From Lytechinus pictus (taxonomy: Eukaryota): 60,000 bases of DNA. The stretch spans positions 16,246,001 through 16,306,000 of the forward strand of contig NC_087251.1 in assembly GCF_037042905.1 (NCBI RefSeq). Direction: 5' to 3'. The position numbers and the translations under genes were made by a program. The notes below the pieces were generated by a model. The model saw only the letters and a program-made list of their open reading frames with translations, had not been told where the DNA came from and ran no database searches. This document shows, piece by piece, positions 47,938 to 60,000 of the stretch. How positions within the stretch are numbered: the first letter of the stretch is position 1; every line of letters starts with the position of its first letter.

Positions 47938-50900
47938 ATATATATATTTAGAAGTATATCTCCCTCAAAGCCAGATAACTTTACATAATTATTATTTTAT
48001 TGAGTGTTTCATACAACATTAGTTTAATTGCATGCAGTGCCAATAACGATAAACTCTTAATGTGTAGTTAGAACATTTTCTCTGTATCAGCATACTAGCA
48101 GTGTCATATTAAGAAGCTTTAATTGTTGAATCAAGATTTTTAGCTTAAATATATATGTATATATATATATATTCGTGACCAAGTTTACAGATGTCTGCAT
48201 TATTGTATCTGTCAGTAAGATATTTTGCAAAACATTTGTAATGGTCAGGATATAATGACAAAACGAGGCTAAAATAAATTTGGATTATACAAAATGGTGT
48301 AAGCTGCTGAAATAGTGATACTTGATTGGTTGAAAGCACTTTGTCATAGACATTCTAGCATTTGATGTTGATAAAAGGCTTGTGAAACAGGGCCCGTAGT
48401 CCCTTTTAGTGCTGAAGAGACTTTAAAAGAGGATATTAATTGAAATTGATGATATGTTATGTACAATATGACATGTACTCTGTGGACAATGCAAACCCAA
48501 ATCCATGGACATTTTCTAAAATATTGAAAATTATTGAAAATAAACTTTGATTTTGTAGAGTAGAAACTAATAGTAACTCTGTCTGCATCTGGCCCAGGTT
48601 AGTGGATATGGCACAGTTTGATATTGTTTTTTTTATTTATTATTAGTTGTTTGTGTTTGTTTATTGATTATATCACTGCTTGTTATGGCAATGTATGTGT
48701 GTTTGTGTTTACCAATCATACCATAGCATTAATGTTTTGATTTTCAGTATATGTATGATATGTATATTGAATAAACTTTACATATCTCTTTATCAAATAT
48801 CATAGTGGGAAGGCAACAGCATACATGTCAAGTAAATGTGCTTATCTTGAAATACAAATTTGTGAATATGAACAGATATACCTAATGTACTCACCCTTTG
48901 ACAAAATTGAAATATGAAAGTGCATGGGGGATCCATGTGTTGTTGAGGCATTAAACATTGGTTAATTGTTTGTCAGATTTATTGGAAATTTGGAATGTCA
49001 TAGTTCATTCTCATAAAGACGTGTTTTTTTCCAATTTGAAATCTACAGTTTATTTTGTTAATTCAATTACATATTCGGCCAATTGAAAGATCCTTCACAT
49101 AAATTTTTTAATTGATCATTTGTGTACTAGTCCCCTTCCAACTTATTTTAATTTTGTAAATGAATCATATGAGCTGAACATTAAACTCAATTGGTTGTAT
49201 TGGAAAAAAATGGGATTAATCAAGTGAGAATAGACAAGTTTAAATTTATAGATAAAATGTACAATTTGCACACAATAGTCAAGGCACTTGAAAACAAGGG
49301 TGCTGGGGGTGAAGCACCCTCCCCCCTCCCCCAAGATTTGTCGGGGGGCACTGTGTTTGTTATATACCAAAGGCACGCACCACTGGCTGTGAGGTTGGTA
49401 TGCATAAAGTAGAAATTTAACCAAAATTGCCTTTACATTTTGGAATGAAACCCCCTTTTTTTTTGCTTGTCAACATCCTGAAATAGTATTAGTTTTCTGA
49501 TATGAACCATGATTCTTTTATGGCCACAGGTCACATTCAATGCGTTCTGCTTCGTGACCAAGATTTATAGCAAGAGCAGTATTCAGTGTATTTATGACTT
49601 TGATTACATTCTTGTATGTTTAAAATGTGTTTATTGATGAGAATGTAAAATAAAATGAATAATACTCTCACAGTCAGGAAATCATTGTCATTCCCTCTGT
49701 TTGGCTTGGTGTATATTTGAGTAGCTAGTATTATGTCATGAATTCTTGATTATTTTTCCATTCTTCTTGGAATATGTTTTTAGCAGTAGGAAACCCGGCC
49801 AAACTAAGTTTGAAGATAGGGAAGTAGGAATTACCTATGGTCATTGGATGGTTGAACATCTTAATAGAGATGGAGAGAGAGTATAAGACAGAAGGGAGTG
49901 AAAGAATGAGTCACTGAAACAAGAAGTGAAGAATGTGTATTTGTTTGAAAAATATGACAGTGGAGAGATAGGTGGGAACAGAATTTGAGAATGAATAGGT
50001 CATGGCATGAAAGACGAAGAATTAATGTAAAAAAATGATATCTGTTTGTTGGAAACTTGTCATCAATACATCTATTCATATGTAGTTGTTTGGTCTTTTT
50101 TAAAAAGTTTAAATCCCTATACAAGTGCACTTTCGGTGAATTCATATTCGGTGAGGGAACCGGTAGTTGTCTTAGCTATCGCCAGGATGAGTCCAACACC
50201 CCTACCCCCCCCCCCCCCACCACAAACAAAAGAACAATGACAAAACAAGAACAATGAAAAGGAAATTCAGAGACTAAACACAAAATAATTGAACGTCAAT
50301 TTAGTTGACCATTACAGGTTTGAACTACTTTATTTTCTAGTAGTGATTATATCACAGCGATGTACCCTTGGAATTCAGTAGAATTTTGTTTCAATAATCC
50401 GGAGCGGATATTTTGGTAGATAACACCACTTCAATTGTCTCTCACGTAACAAAACGAAATACAAAGTTAACGCCAATAATCTAACGTGGTCGGTCAAAGC
50501 AGTGATGCCATTTGAAATCTGTTGCTAAATCAAACAATTAGCTATTTCTAATTGCTACTGAATTAAAAAGAAAAACAGAAAAAAATGAAATTCATGAAAG
50601 GCGTACGATATATTTTTTTTATTTATTTATTTTGACCAGAGAGACCGCCATTATAGGTTTGTTCAATATCCATAATCGAATCTGTTTGGGCAGTTAAACA
50701 CATTAGTTCATTAAAATAGACAATTTTTTTCAAATTCCATTATTCTAGTCCCCAATAAAGCCAGTTGAGATTTTGTCTTTGTAAAGTTCAAATAAACGAT
50801 GTCAAGGCGAAATCGATTGTTATTATATAACTGATTGAAGGTAAATGGATAGTTTGATCCAGTTAGGCTACCTTGTGCTCTACTTATGAAGGTGATTCGA

Positions 50901-51410
50901 TTTTAATGAGATGACATGATATAACATTGACTTGATATCAAATAGGCAAAGAATGTCACCCCTTTTCTCTCTCCCTTTCCTTACAGCCCCACCCCTTCTC
51001 CCACTCTCTCTCTATCACTACTCCCCTCTCTAATTGATGTGTTGCGGACTGGCAACTTTGTTGCTATGTCAGTAGCCGTTCTTTTACCTCAAGTAGAAAT
51101 ACTAAACATGATTGTCTGCCCAAAGTTGTGGTTTCACAGGCATGAGACCTTATTGAGAGAACAAACATGAATGTAACAAATCCAATAGTTTCATTTTATG
51201 CTCAAGATGTTTACCAAAGTTGTTCAGGAGCTCAGAAGTGTCGTCAATCTTTGATTTTAATTCTGCAAAATTTAAAGAAATGCCGTTTTTATATCGTAGG
51301 CCTCTCTTTCACAAATCGTTTCGTTGACACGCAACCCATTTATTATGTGTATGGGAGGGTGTGTGTGTGCAAGTAATAGACCTACTTTGCCATAAATAAA
51401 TTACCAGTTA

Positions 51411-51572
51411 TACCACGGTCACATTTGATCTACGGCGGCCGTACGGCGAGTCGAAAACAGCCGTTTTATTCATTTTTATTCAAACCATCCATGTATAGCT
51501 GGTACAAAAATTTTTGAAACGGCTGTTTCCGACTCGCCGTACGGCCGCCGTAGAGTGAATGTGACCAAGGTA
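51411..51572. mobile_element. Near-perfect palindromic MITE with TTA duplication
   Basis: TTA|TACCACGGTCACATT...CTACGGCGGCCGTACGGCGAGTCG / CGACTCGCCGTACGGCCGCCGTAG...AATGTGACCAAGGTA|TTA. Confidence 0.8.
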
Positions 51573-52070
51573 TTAAGATCTTGCCCCCGGACACCCAAGT
51601 GATGAAAGTAGTCGATTTGTACCCACATATGCACTCACCCACAATAGCATGTCTGTCATTCTATGATTGGAATCCAGCTTGCTTTTATAGTAGCTGTTGC
51701 TATGTCGGACTATTGGCAATTATCAGATCGTCAAGGGCAACACCTATTCAAGGGTAGCCTGCATAAAATCGAATGCATTAATTGGCGAGTGTCGTAACAA
51801 AAAGAACACGCTGTTCTCTCGGCCTATGAATAGGTTGCATTTGAAAACAAGCTTATAGATAAATAGCACTGCATTGGGTTTCAAGACAAGTATAGAATCT
51901 TGTCACTGGCTGTCGGCGAATCCTTGGAAGCCAATAATCTGGTGGTAAGTTAAAAGCGAAATTTACTGTTAACACAGTGGTAAACATCGAGGATCAAGTT
52001 TGAAATTAGAGCGAATACGAATGTACAAAGACGGATGATGGCGGGTCAACTGACAAGAGATCGAGGGTAG

Positions 52071-52242
52071 ATGAGGAGGATGTTCGTTTCAGTCATGGCG
52101 CTGTTTTTCATCAACTTCTTTGAGATGGGTGTTCTGAAGAGCTTTAGCGTCCTGGTGGACGATCTCGTCATCCAACTCAACACAAATCTTGGTACAATCG
52201 GGGCCATCGTCGGAATCTACAACGGCATCACATATGCCCTTG
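52071..52242 (+). CDS. SLC16-like exon 1
   Basis: MRRMFVSVMALFFINFFEMGVLKSFSVLVDDLVIQL...ITYAL; donor GTAAGT. Confidence 0.82.
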
Positions 52243-55200
52243 GTAAGTCTTTATTTCAGCCCGTCATGCTGGTTCTATTCTCGAAACGTAGAGACGGCTA
52301 ATTGCTAATATCTTGTTCATAATCTCTGCATCTTTCGTTCCGATGCGATTTGCAGGCCAAAATCATGTTATTCTGAAAATATATTTCTTTGCTAGCTTAT
52401 GAAAAGTGGCATTTTTAATCATTTGTGACAGAAACCAAAATGTGCCATATTGCGGCTGAAATAATTGTAAGACAAGACTCTGTTCTATGCAAGTTTTCTG
52501 ATCATTTATAACATCATTAAATGAATTGTTATTTAAGTAAAAGTTGTGAATATCAAATGACTTTCTATCATTGATTCGTATTAGAAGATCTCATACCGAT
52601 AAACACCGGTGAATGAAAAATAAAGCTTAATAATTGACCAATTTAAAATAAATTTCTTACGTTCTTATGCATTTTACAAATGTGATGGAGTTTTACCTGA
52701 AAAAAAACGATAAAAACAGCAAAATACGCATAGGCATCATAATTCTTCTAGAAAAAAAAGAAGAGCACTTCAAACCATTCAAACCATTTAAATAGTATGC
52801 AGAAGGCATGTAAATTTCTTATCCTCAATGATCATTATTTTGTATACGAAAGAGCGCAGAGACCAAGCAAGAAAATACGCTATTTCATCATGAAATGAAA
52901 ATATGTAAAATGGAATACAACTGCGATCGTGGCCTTATCCTTAATAAAATATATGTGCATGCATAACCTGTCTGCGAGGAAGTGTAGAGTGTGAGAAGAA
53001 TTATTTTTGTTTAATCGAAAGTTAATGGTAAAAGATCTTATTATCCAATAAGCAAACATTTTTTTGGCATTTTCTGTAATCCAAGAATCTCTCTTTTTCC
53101 CTCTCCCGTCTCGTACCTTCGTTTCCTCTCCCCTCCGTTTAGCTACCCTCCTCCCATTCCTAATCCATATACTGGCCTACCCAGCTTCAACGTTCTGCTA
53201 TACTGAATTGAATGCTCACCATTAATGCGCTTGTTTAAAAAATCTTCAATATTCATATGTTTTTTTTCCTATTGTCCATTTCCTGACATAGCACCATTCA
53301 TCGCACCGTTTGTGAATATAATGAGTGTGCCTCTCATCTCTGTCATCTGTGCAGTGGGTTCGATGTCACTCTGTCTAGCGTATTTAGCTTCCGATGTCAT
53401 CCAGTTTGGTTCGGTGTGTCTACTCTCTGGTAAATCTCATTTCCTATAAACGTTATAACGTAAAGAGTGGAAGCGTCGTGGAGAAGTGATGCTTACACAA
53501 AGAGCTATATGCTGTTACCTCAGACTTTTCCTCTTGAAGTGTACGATTAAACAGACAAACAAAAAAGGCCTGTTCATTTTTATTCTTAAATGACTGGTCT
53601 ACATCCTGGTGCTCGCTGCTTGAATTAATACAGTGTCCCACAGTGCGCGGCACCAACTGTTTCACTATCAAGAAAAAAAAAACAGAAAGGAAAGGGAAAG
53701 AGTGAAATATATTAATGTATTATTTTCATAATATGTCAAAAGCTATCCAAAACTTTTTATTCTATAATTAAGGTAATTTGTTTTTGCTCGCGCGCTCGCA
53801 TCTTTTAAGAACATTTCTCAATCCGCCATATCTGGCCCCCGCATTTTTTTTGGGAGGGTCATTACATCCTGGGTCCCACCATAATCACATGAATCATATT
53901 CATGCTTTTAAAATGCTTATATTAGCATTGTGAATCTGATATCAACAAAATCCACTATGTGAACACAGTGATAACGCTCAAACTGTAGTAATGCCCACAG
54001 TGTGAAATTGTCTTCACTTTGTTCAAGTATTTTAATACAGCATCATATCTTCACACGTAGATGTGAACCCACTACGAACAGTGGCGTAACTACGGGGGGC
54101 ACGTGCCCCCCCCCCCCCCAATCGGCTGGCCAAAAAAAACCCGGGGGAAATGAGAAAAAGAGGGAAAAAGAAAGAGAAACGTAGTGGGGGGAGAAATTAT
54201 TTGACATTATGTTATGTTATAATATTGTATATATCATATTACATAAATATTTTTTCATAAATTTATCAAACATGATTTGTTTGGAGCTATGTGTTCATCC
54301 TTCCTGGTGTCCGCATTGTCTGTTTAATGAGATATATAATCCTGTTGTACTAAAACATCCCGTTTTCAAGTCAATATACACCAAATATATTTCCTCGCAC
54401 TTTGAGTTATTATAATTGTTTTATGTAGTATATTTTAGTATATACACATAGTAACAGCATTATATAGATTAATGAATATATTATAACAGTGACATGTGCT
54501 TCTTTTTAGTGACTTATGATTCATGACTACTTAAAGTGATTGTCCCTTTTAGGGCTGAATATAAAACATTTCCAGTCCGTGCTTACGTTCGCATTAGTGG
54601 ATTGGTGAAATATGTCTACTCTACATGAATTCATAAAAACAGTCCTTAAAATGTCCCTTTTTTCTGGTCTGAATATGAAAAAAGCAGCTCGCGCTTCGCG
54701 CTCACATCATTTGGTTAGTGAAATACTTATGGTCTTAGTGAATTCTTAAAAACAAGCCTTAGAATGTCCCTTTTCAGATCTGAAATTTCAACAATTTTCA
54801 GCTCGCACTTCGCGCTCGCAATATTTTATTAGTGAGATATATGTCATCTCCATGGTTACAATGACAAACAAATTCATGACTACTTAAAGTGATTGTCCCT
54901 TTTAGGGCTGAATATAAAACATTTCCAGTCCGTGCTTACGTTCGCATTAGTGGGTTGGTGAGATATGTCTACTCTACATGAATTCATAAAAACAGTCCTT
55001 AAAATGTCCCTTTTTTCTGGTCTGAATATAAAAAAAAGCAGCTCGCGCTTCGCGCTCACATCATTTGGTTAGTAAAATACTTATGGTCTTAGTGAATTCT
55101 TAAAAACAAGCCTTAGAATGTCCCTTTTCAGGTCTGAAATTTCAACAATTTTCAGCTCGCACTTCGCGCTCGCAATATTTGATTAGTGAGATATATGTCA

Positions 55201-57478
55201 TCTCCATGGTTACAATTACAAAAAATGTGCTTCATGTGTTTCGTTATAATTCTAACAAAATTAGCACTATGGTGAGATTACGAGATATGTATGCTCTTCA
55301 TGAATTCCTTAAAAATAAAGTCCTCAAAATATCCCTGTTTGGGGTCAATATAAAAAAAAATATTTCAGATCGCGCTACGCGCTCGTATTAGTTGTTTACT
55401 GACAGGTATGTATCGTACGCCACTGACCACACGATGTGATTCTGTGTTCTTTTAATATAATTTAGTAAGAGGGGACCCGCAACAAAGTTACTTAATTTAC
55501 AGGCCGAACTGTAGTCAGTATGATAGCAATAATAATAATATTGATAATAATGATAATAATGATAACGTTTTATTTACCCAGTGTAGCCACTTCAGTTAAG
55601 AAACTGCTCTGCCAGCGGGCCCTGCATAACATCATTTGTTATTATTACCCTTCTCCAATCTAAATGCTGAGCGCCTAGCAAAAAGGCAGAAGGTCTCATT
55701 TTTATAAATATTTGGTATGACTTGGTCGAGGATCGAACCCACGACCTCCCGTTCTCCTTAAGTGAGAAAAAAATAGAAAATAACTTGTAGTCATAACATT
55801 ATGTTCACGTGTAATATGAGAAGGGATGAAAATTATAGTGTATTAACCACAGTGTAGTAAACTCCTCGCCGATAGTTAACCCAGTCAACACGATTTAAGA
55901 TCGTTCAAGAGGCGTATTTCATAAGGTTGTTTGGAGTATTAATCTATCATAAACAAATTGTATAAATATTCTTGTGATACAATACATACCTCTCTCTCTC
56001 TCGCTCTCTCTGTTAGGAATTTGTTACTCAGTCGTCCGTCTGGGAGGAGTGATCCTCTTCTACAAAAATGTACGTAGGAACTTCTCCATCACGTTTGGCA
56101 TCGCAGACACCGGCAACGCCATCGGAATGATGACTGTACCCATTCTGACCGAATTCTTTCTAGAGACCTATGGTTGGAATGGTACCATTCTTCTGCTTGG
56201 TGGGCTTCTCTTCCAGAACTCCATCTTCCTACTACTCATGAGGGAACGTCCTCTAGAACCCCATGACGACGACGACGACAACTCTGAAATGCAAGAGACG
56301 AGGGTTGATTCCGAAGCAGAAGATGATGTCTTTGATGAGGACGACGACCTACTTCAGCGAAGTCTTGACGGCGGAAGACCTCATGCTACCACGTCCTCCC
56401 CCTCCATATGGAGATGTTGTTACTGCATCTACTCATACTTTGGCCTTTCCTTGTTCTTCGAGTGCCGATACACTATTGTGGTCATGCTACTTATGGTGTT
56501 CCTTGGTATGATCAACGCGTCTTGGCTTGTCTTCCTCATTCCTCATGGTGTATCCAGGGGCTTCCGTTTGTCAAGGGCGGTATTCTTGGCGACTTGTGGA
56601 GGCTTTGGAAACGTCTTGGGCCGCGTCGTCCAGGGACCAATCATCGACCGGGAGTGGATGACATCCCTAGATCTCACCATCATCTTCACTGCCATCAATG
56701 CCGTGGTGTTTCTCGTGGACCCCCTGGTGTTTAATTTTGTTTTACTGTGCATCGCTGCGTTTGTCGGAGGAATAACCATCGGTGCAAGAACAACGCTGAC
56801 AGTGGTGATTGCAAAGGAATTATTCCCACCAGACACATTCTCAACTGTCTACGGTTTACAGTGCCTGTTCTACAGTGTGGGGGAACCCCTTGGAGGTATC
56901 CTGGCCGGTAAGTACCTGAATAAAATTATCATTACAGAGGTTCGTTTAGTAACTCAATAGGTATAACAAAATATTTTCATTTAACAAAGTTCATATCTTT
57001 TATCCGGCTTTCTATGTCTGTTGGTCAAGTTGGTGACCGAGTTGACACTGTCCCATCTTTCATAATTATGGAGTAAATGAGTGGGAGTGGTTTTTATTTC
57101 TATCGTAACCCCTACTTTCTTTGAAGTATACATAAACAAGATCAGATTTTTTCGAATAGCAGAGGAGGTAAATGTTTAGCACATCGTTAGATTTTTCATT
57201 TTATTTTCCTGACTGTTTTAGTTTTTTTCCAGACACACCGTCAGCCCCATCTGTAAAGTGGCTCGTGTAGAGGTGTCATAACATTGCAAGGAAGTTCATG
57301 GATTTTGTTTTCTGTGGTTTGCTTTTTTAATGTTATACTTGTATCCCTTTCCTTTTCAGGTTGGTTGGCCAATCGATTTAGCTTCAGTGTCTCTTTCATG
57401 GTGCTGGGTGGAGTGGAAGTCCTAACCTTTCTGGTGTTGATGCCAACACGATACTTAATCAATAGAAGTGCGACTTAA
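52071..57478 (+). CDS. Monocarboxylate transporter family (SLC16/MCT, MFS) protein, 4 exons, 439 aa
   Basis: join(52071..52242,53292..53429,56017..56907,57360..57478) = 1320 nt. About 12 hydrophobic segments with an acidic central loop; MCT-like motifs MGVLKSFSVL, RRNFSITFGIADTGNAIG, LETYGWNGTILLLGG, GEPLGGILAGWL. Confidence 0.88.
53292..53429 (+). CDS. SLC16-like exon 2
   Basis: (A)PFIAPFVNIMSVPLISVICAVGSMSLCLAYLASDVIQFGSVCLLS; phase 1 to 1. Confidence 0.82.
54079..55425. mobile_element. CAGTGGCGTA-TIR non-autonomous element with internal tandem repeats
   Basis: CAGTGGCGTA ... TACGCCACTG; ~353-bp direct duplication (~54520 and ~54873) built from GCTCGCGCTTCGCGCTC subunits. Confidence 0.72.
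55567..55752 (-). mobile_element. tRNA-derived SINE
   Basis: Minus-strand B box GGGTTCGATCC; body ends next to an (ATT)n tail. Confidence 0.6.
56017..56907 (+). CDS. SLC16-like exon 3
   Basis: Within ORF 55974-56960; acceptor tgttag, donor GTAAGT. Confidence 0.9.
57360..57478 (+). CDS. SLC16-like exon 4 (terminal)
   Basis: (G)WLANRFSFSVSFMVLGGVEVLTFLVLMPTRYLINRSAT*. Confidence 0.85.
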
Positions 57479-58516
57479 ACTTCCATCAACCCTGATGATG
57501 CAAAAGCGGGTTGTATCTGCATCCTCTCCATTAATAGTTATAAACAATAAGCACTATTACCCGAGAGTGGGCATTCATCAATCGCTAAACTTGGAGAAAA
57601 TATGCACTGCAGAAAAGACGAATGAGCATTACAAACGGGGCGTCCATTACCCTTACTGTATAGCCCCCCCCCCCCCTTTCTCTCTTTCTCTCTCTTCTTT
57701 ATCGGTAGAAAATGAGCCACATTCGTATGAAAATCAATAGCCATGATCTTGTTATTTTGCGTGACCGTTTTGTTGGTCTGAAATACAATCTGTTTCAATG
57801 GTGGTTATCTAGTCATCTACATTATATTTTATTGTATCGCTGTGGAGAAATATGTTCCACAATTAAAATAATATCATCTTTTGACTTTAGGCCCTTATAT
57901 GGAAGATTTACACTTTCTTGGCTTTAATTATGGAAGGAGCAGAAAGTAATTTTTGTTATCGTAATAGATCATTCAGTTGCGTGAGCTTTCTTGATGGGCC
58001 ATTTGAAGTAGGAAGCTATTTGAAAACGCAAAAGAAAGAAACAAGGAATAATTCTCCGGTAAAGTTTGACAGCCAAATGGGTCCATATATGTCAATTCAA
58101 AGGAAATATTAATTGGATAAATTGAGGATATTCAAATTTACGTGAATTTGTTTATTATGTCATTTATTGAGCTTTCTCTACCTTCTACATGTACTAGACG
58201 ATGAATCACGTTTTGAACGACATATCCCTCGTAACTCAATAGGAATTTAAATTCCTAAAAAATTCGATCTATTCAACATACGATATTATTGAATTTTGTT
58301 GGTTTACAAATTGTTTTCAAAATCGCATGTGGTGAAAATCAGTTCTCGTTTCGTGATTTTCTTTTTTAAACTATCCGTTTACATTCCCATGCATATAAGC
58401 ATTCAAAATAGTATACACTCTGACTCGTGAATTGTCAATAATTGTAAGAAACGATCATACCAAAAACTAAGAAATATCGGCATATTAGAGCTAATAATAA
58501 TATATGTATATATATA

Positions 58517-59472
58517 TAAACCCCTCAAAAAAGTTTGGAAATCTGTGTTTGGCCTTTAATTTCTCCCAACTACCAATTGTGCACAATGCATATTTGATAT
58601 TATTCAAAAGATCATTTAATTCACTTTAAAATGATACCATGCTTGTTATGATTATACCATCACGAAAAGAGCAGTATTCAAAAGTGTTGGATGAGGTCTG
58701 AATTGAAAAGCTGCAAAACGAGCAGAAATAGTCATGAAGGGTCAATACAGAACATATGATTCTTTTGTCTTTGTCAGTAGAGATAAAAATCCATTCAAAT
58801 CAAGCCCCTGCTTCTGTAGTGATGGTTCTGTGAGATTACATGATTTGAATCGTGTTTTGACATACCCATGCATGTTTGTTTGTTTGTTATGTGTTTGCTT
58901 GTGTAGAGTTGTGTTTGATTCCATGTTAATGTTGATGTTAAGGTGCACGAAAACAATTAAGAGAAACCGCTGAGAAACTCTCATCACCACTGAAAAAAGA
59001 AAAGTGACTTTCAATATTGTGTCATTTTGCAACTTTTGAATTTTGACCTTGCCCCACATTTCAAGGCACCGCACCTCCATGTGAGCGATAATCATGTCTT
59101 GTAGGGTATTATTTTAAAGAAAATTAAATGATCTATTCATTGATATTAATTACACATTGATATTTACTGAAACCGAGGAGGAATTATCGATCAAAGTAAA
59201 AAAAAAAAAAAAACGCTGAGAAACTCACTCATCACCACGGAAAAAAGAACAGTGACTTTCAATATTGTGTCATTTTGCAACTTGAATTTTGACCTTGCCC
59301 CACATTTCAAGGCATTGCACCTCCATGTGAACCATAATCCTATCATGTAGGGTATCATTTTAAAGAGAATTAAATATTCTATACATTGCTATTAATTACA
59401 CATTGATAGTTACTAAAACCGAGGAGGGATTATCGATCAAAGTCTGATTTCCAAACTTTTTTTGAGGAGTAT
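58517..59472. mobile_element. Tc1/mariner-like MITE, copy 2 (same family as 2701-3720)
   Basis: TAAACCCCTCAAAAAAGTTTGGAAATC ... GATTTCCAAACTTTTTTTGAGGAGT in (TA)n; 3' ~230 bp duplicated around an A-run at ~59198-59213. Confidence 0.82.
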
Positions 59473-60000
59473 ATATATATATTGCTTTTTTTACATTGAT
59501 TCCATGATCATTACGAATTTGGACTCTACAAATATTTTATTATGCAAACTTCACTTGAAGGATGAATTATTCTTTATGAATGGGTAAGGGTAAAACGTGA
59601 AAGAAAAATAAAGTCTTTTCGAAAAGCCATTCTTGCATTTTAGTTTGTGTATTGGTTCTTTTGCTCACTTCAAGAGGGACTTTGTTCCTTTTGAACTCAG
59701 AGTTATTTTGCTTTTGTAGATTGTGAAGATGATGTTGCCGATGACGATGATGTACATACGAAATTATATTTTTAGCCTCAAGACTGGTGTTCATAAATTA
59801 CAACAATAATGATATGTATGTTAGAATGTTTCTTTCAAAAACAAAAAAATAGAACTGAATGCTTGGAGTTTTTTTCTTGTTTTTAATTGTACTGTACGTG
59901 GCAACAAAATATATTTACAAACTGTAATCAAATTATCATGTACATGCCAAGAGTATATGAGCGAATTAAACTTTTCTTTTGAAACAACCAAATACTTTAC

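Noticed and set aside
72..57478. Minor (U12) introns in any of the three genes
   Set aside because: All donors read are ordinary GT types; none matches RTATCCTT.
58734..59095. ORFs of 79 and 117 aa shared with 3103-3294
   Set aside because: They lie inside two copies of a non-autonomous MITE and show no transposase motifs.

Overview
Intron-rich, AT-rich animal genomic DNA. The repeat landscape (Deu/Nin-domain SINE, Helentron-like tandem-repeat elements) suggests an invertebrate deuterostome such as a sea urchin, which is an inference. Three protein-coding genes can be spliced by hand with GT-AG introns and consistent phases. (1) The 5' 15 coding exons of XRN2/Rat1 5'-3' exoribonuclease lie on the minus strand (ATG at 22348, gene runs off the left edge) and include an 18-nt micro-exon in the active site. 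(2) A complete 16-exon, 684-aa uncharacterised HEAT-repeat protein lies on the plus strand (22888-44967), head-to-head with XRN2 across 539 bp. (3) A 4-exon SLC16/MCT-family transporter (52071-57478) has an in-frame TAG at the position of the conserved N-terminal Trp. Introns contain many mobile elements: a degenerate LINE, RTE and Gypsy remnants, tRNA-SINEs, MITEs (some nested), Helentron-like elements, and a Penelope-like element tail carrying a minimal hammerhead-ribozyme motif. A second, solo copy of that motif is inserted into a MITE.
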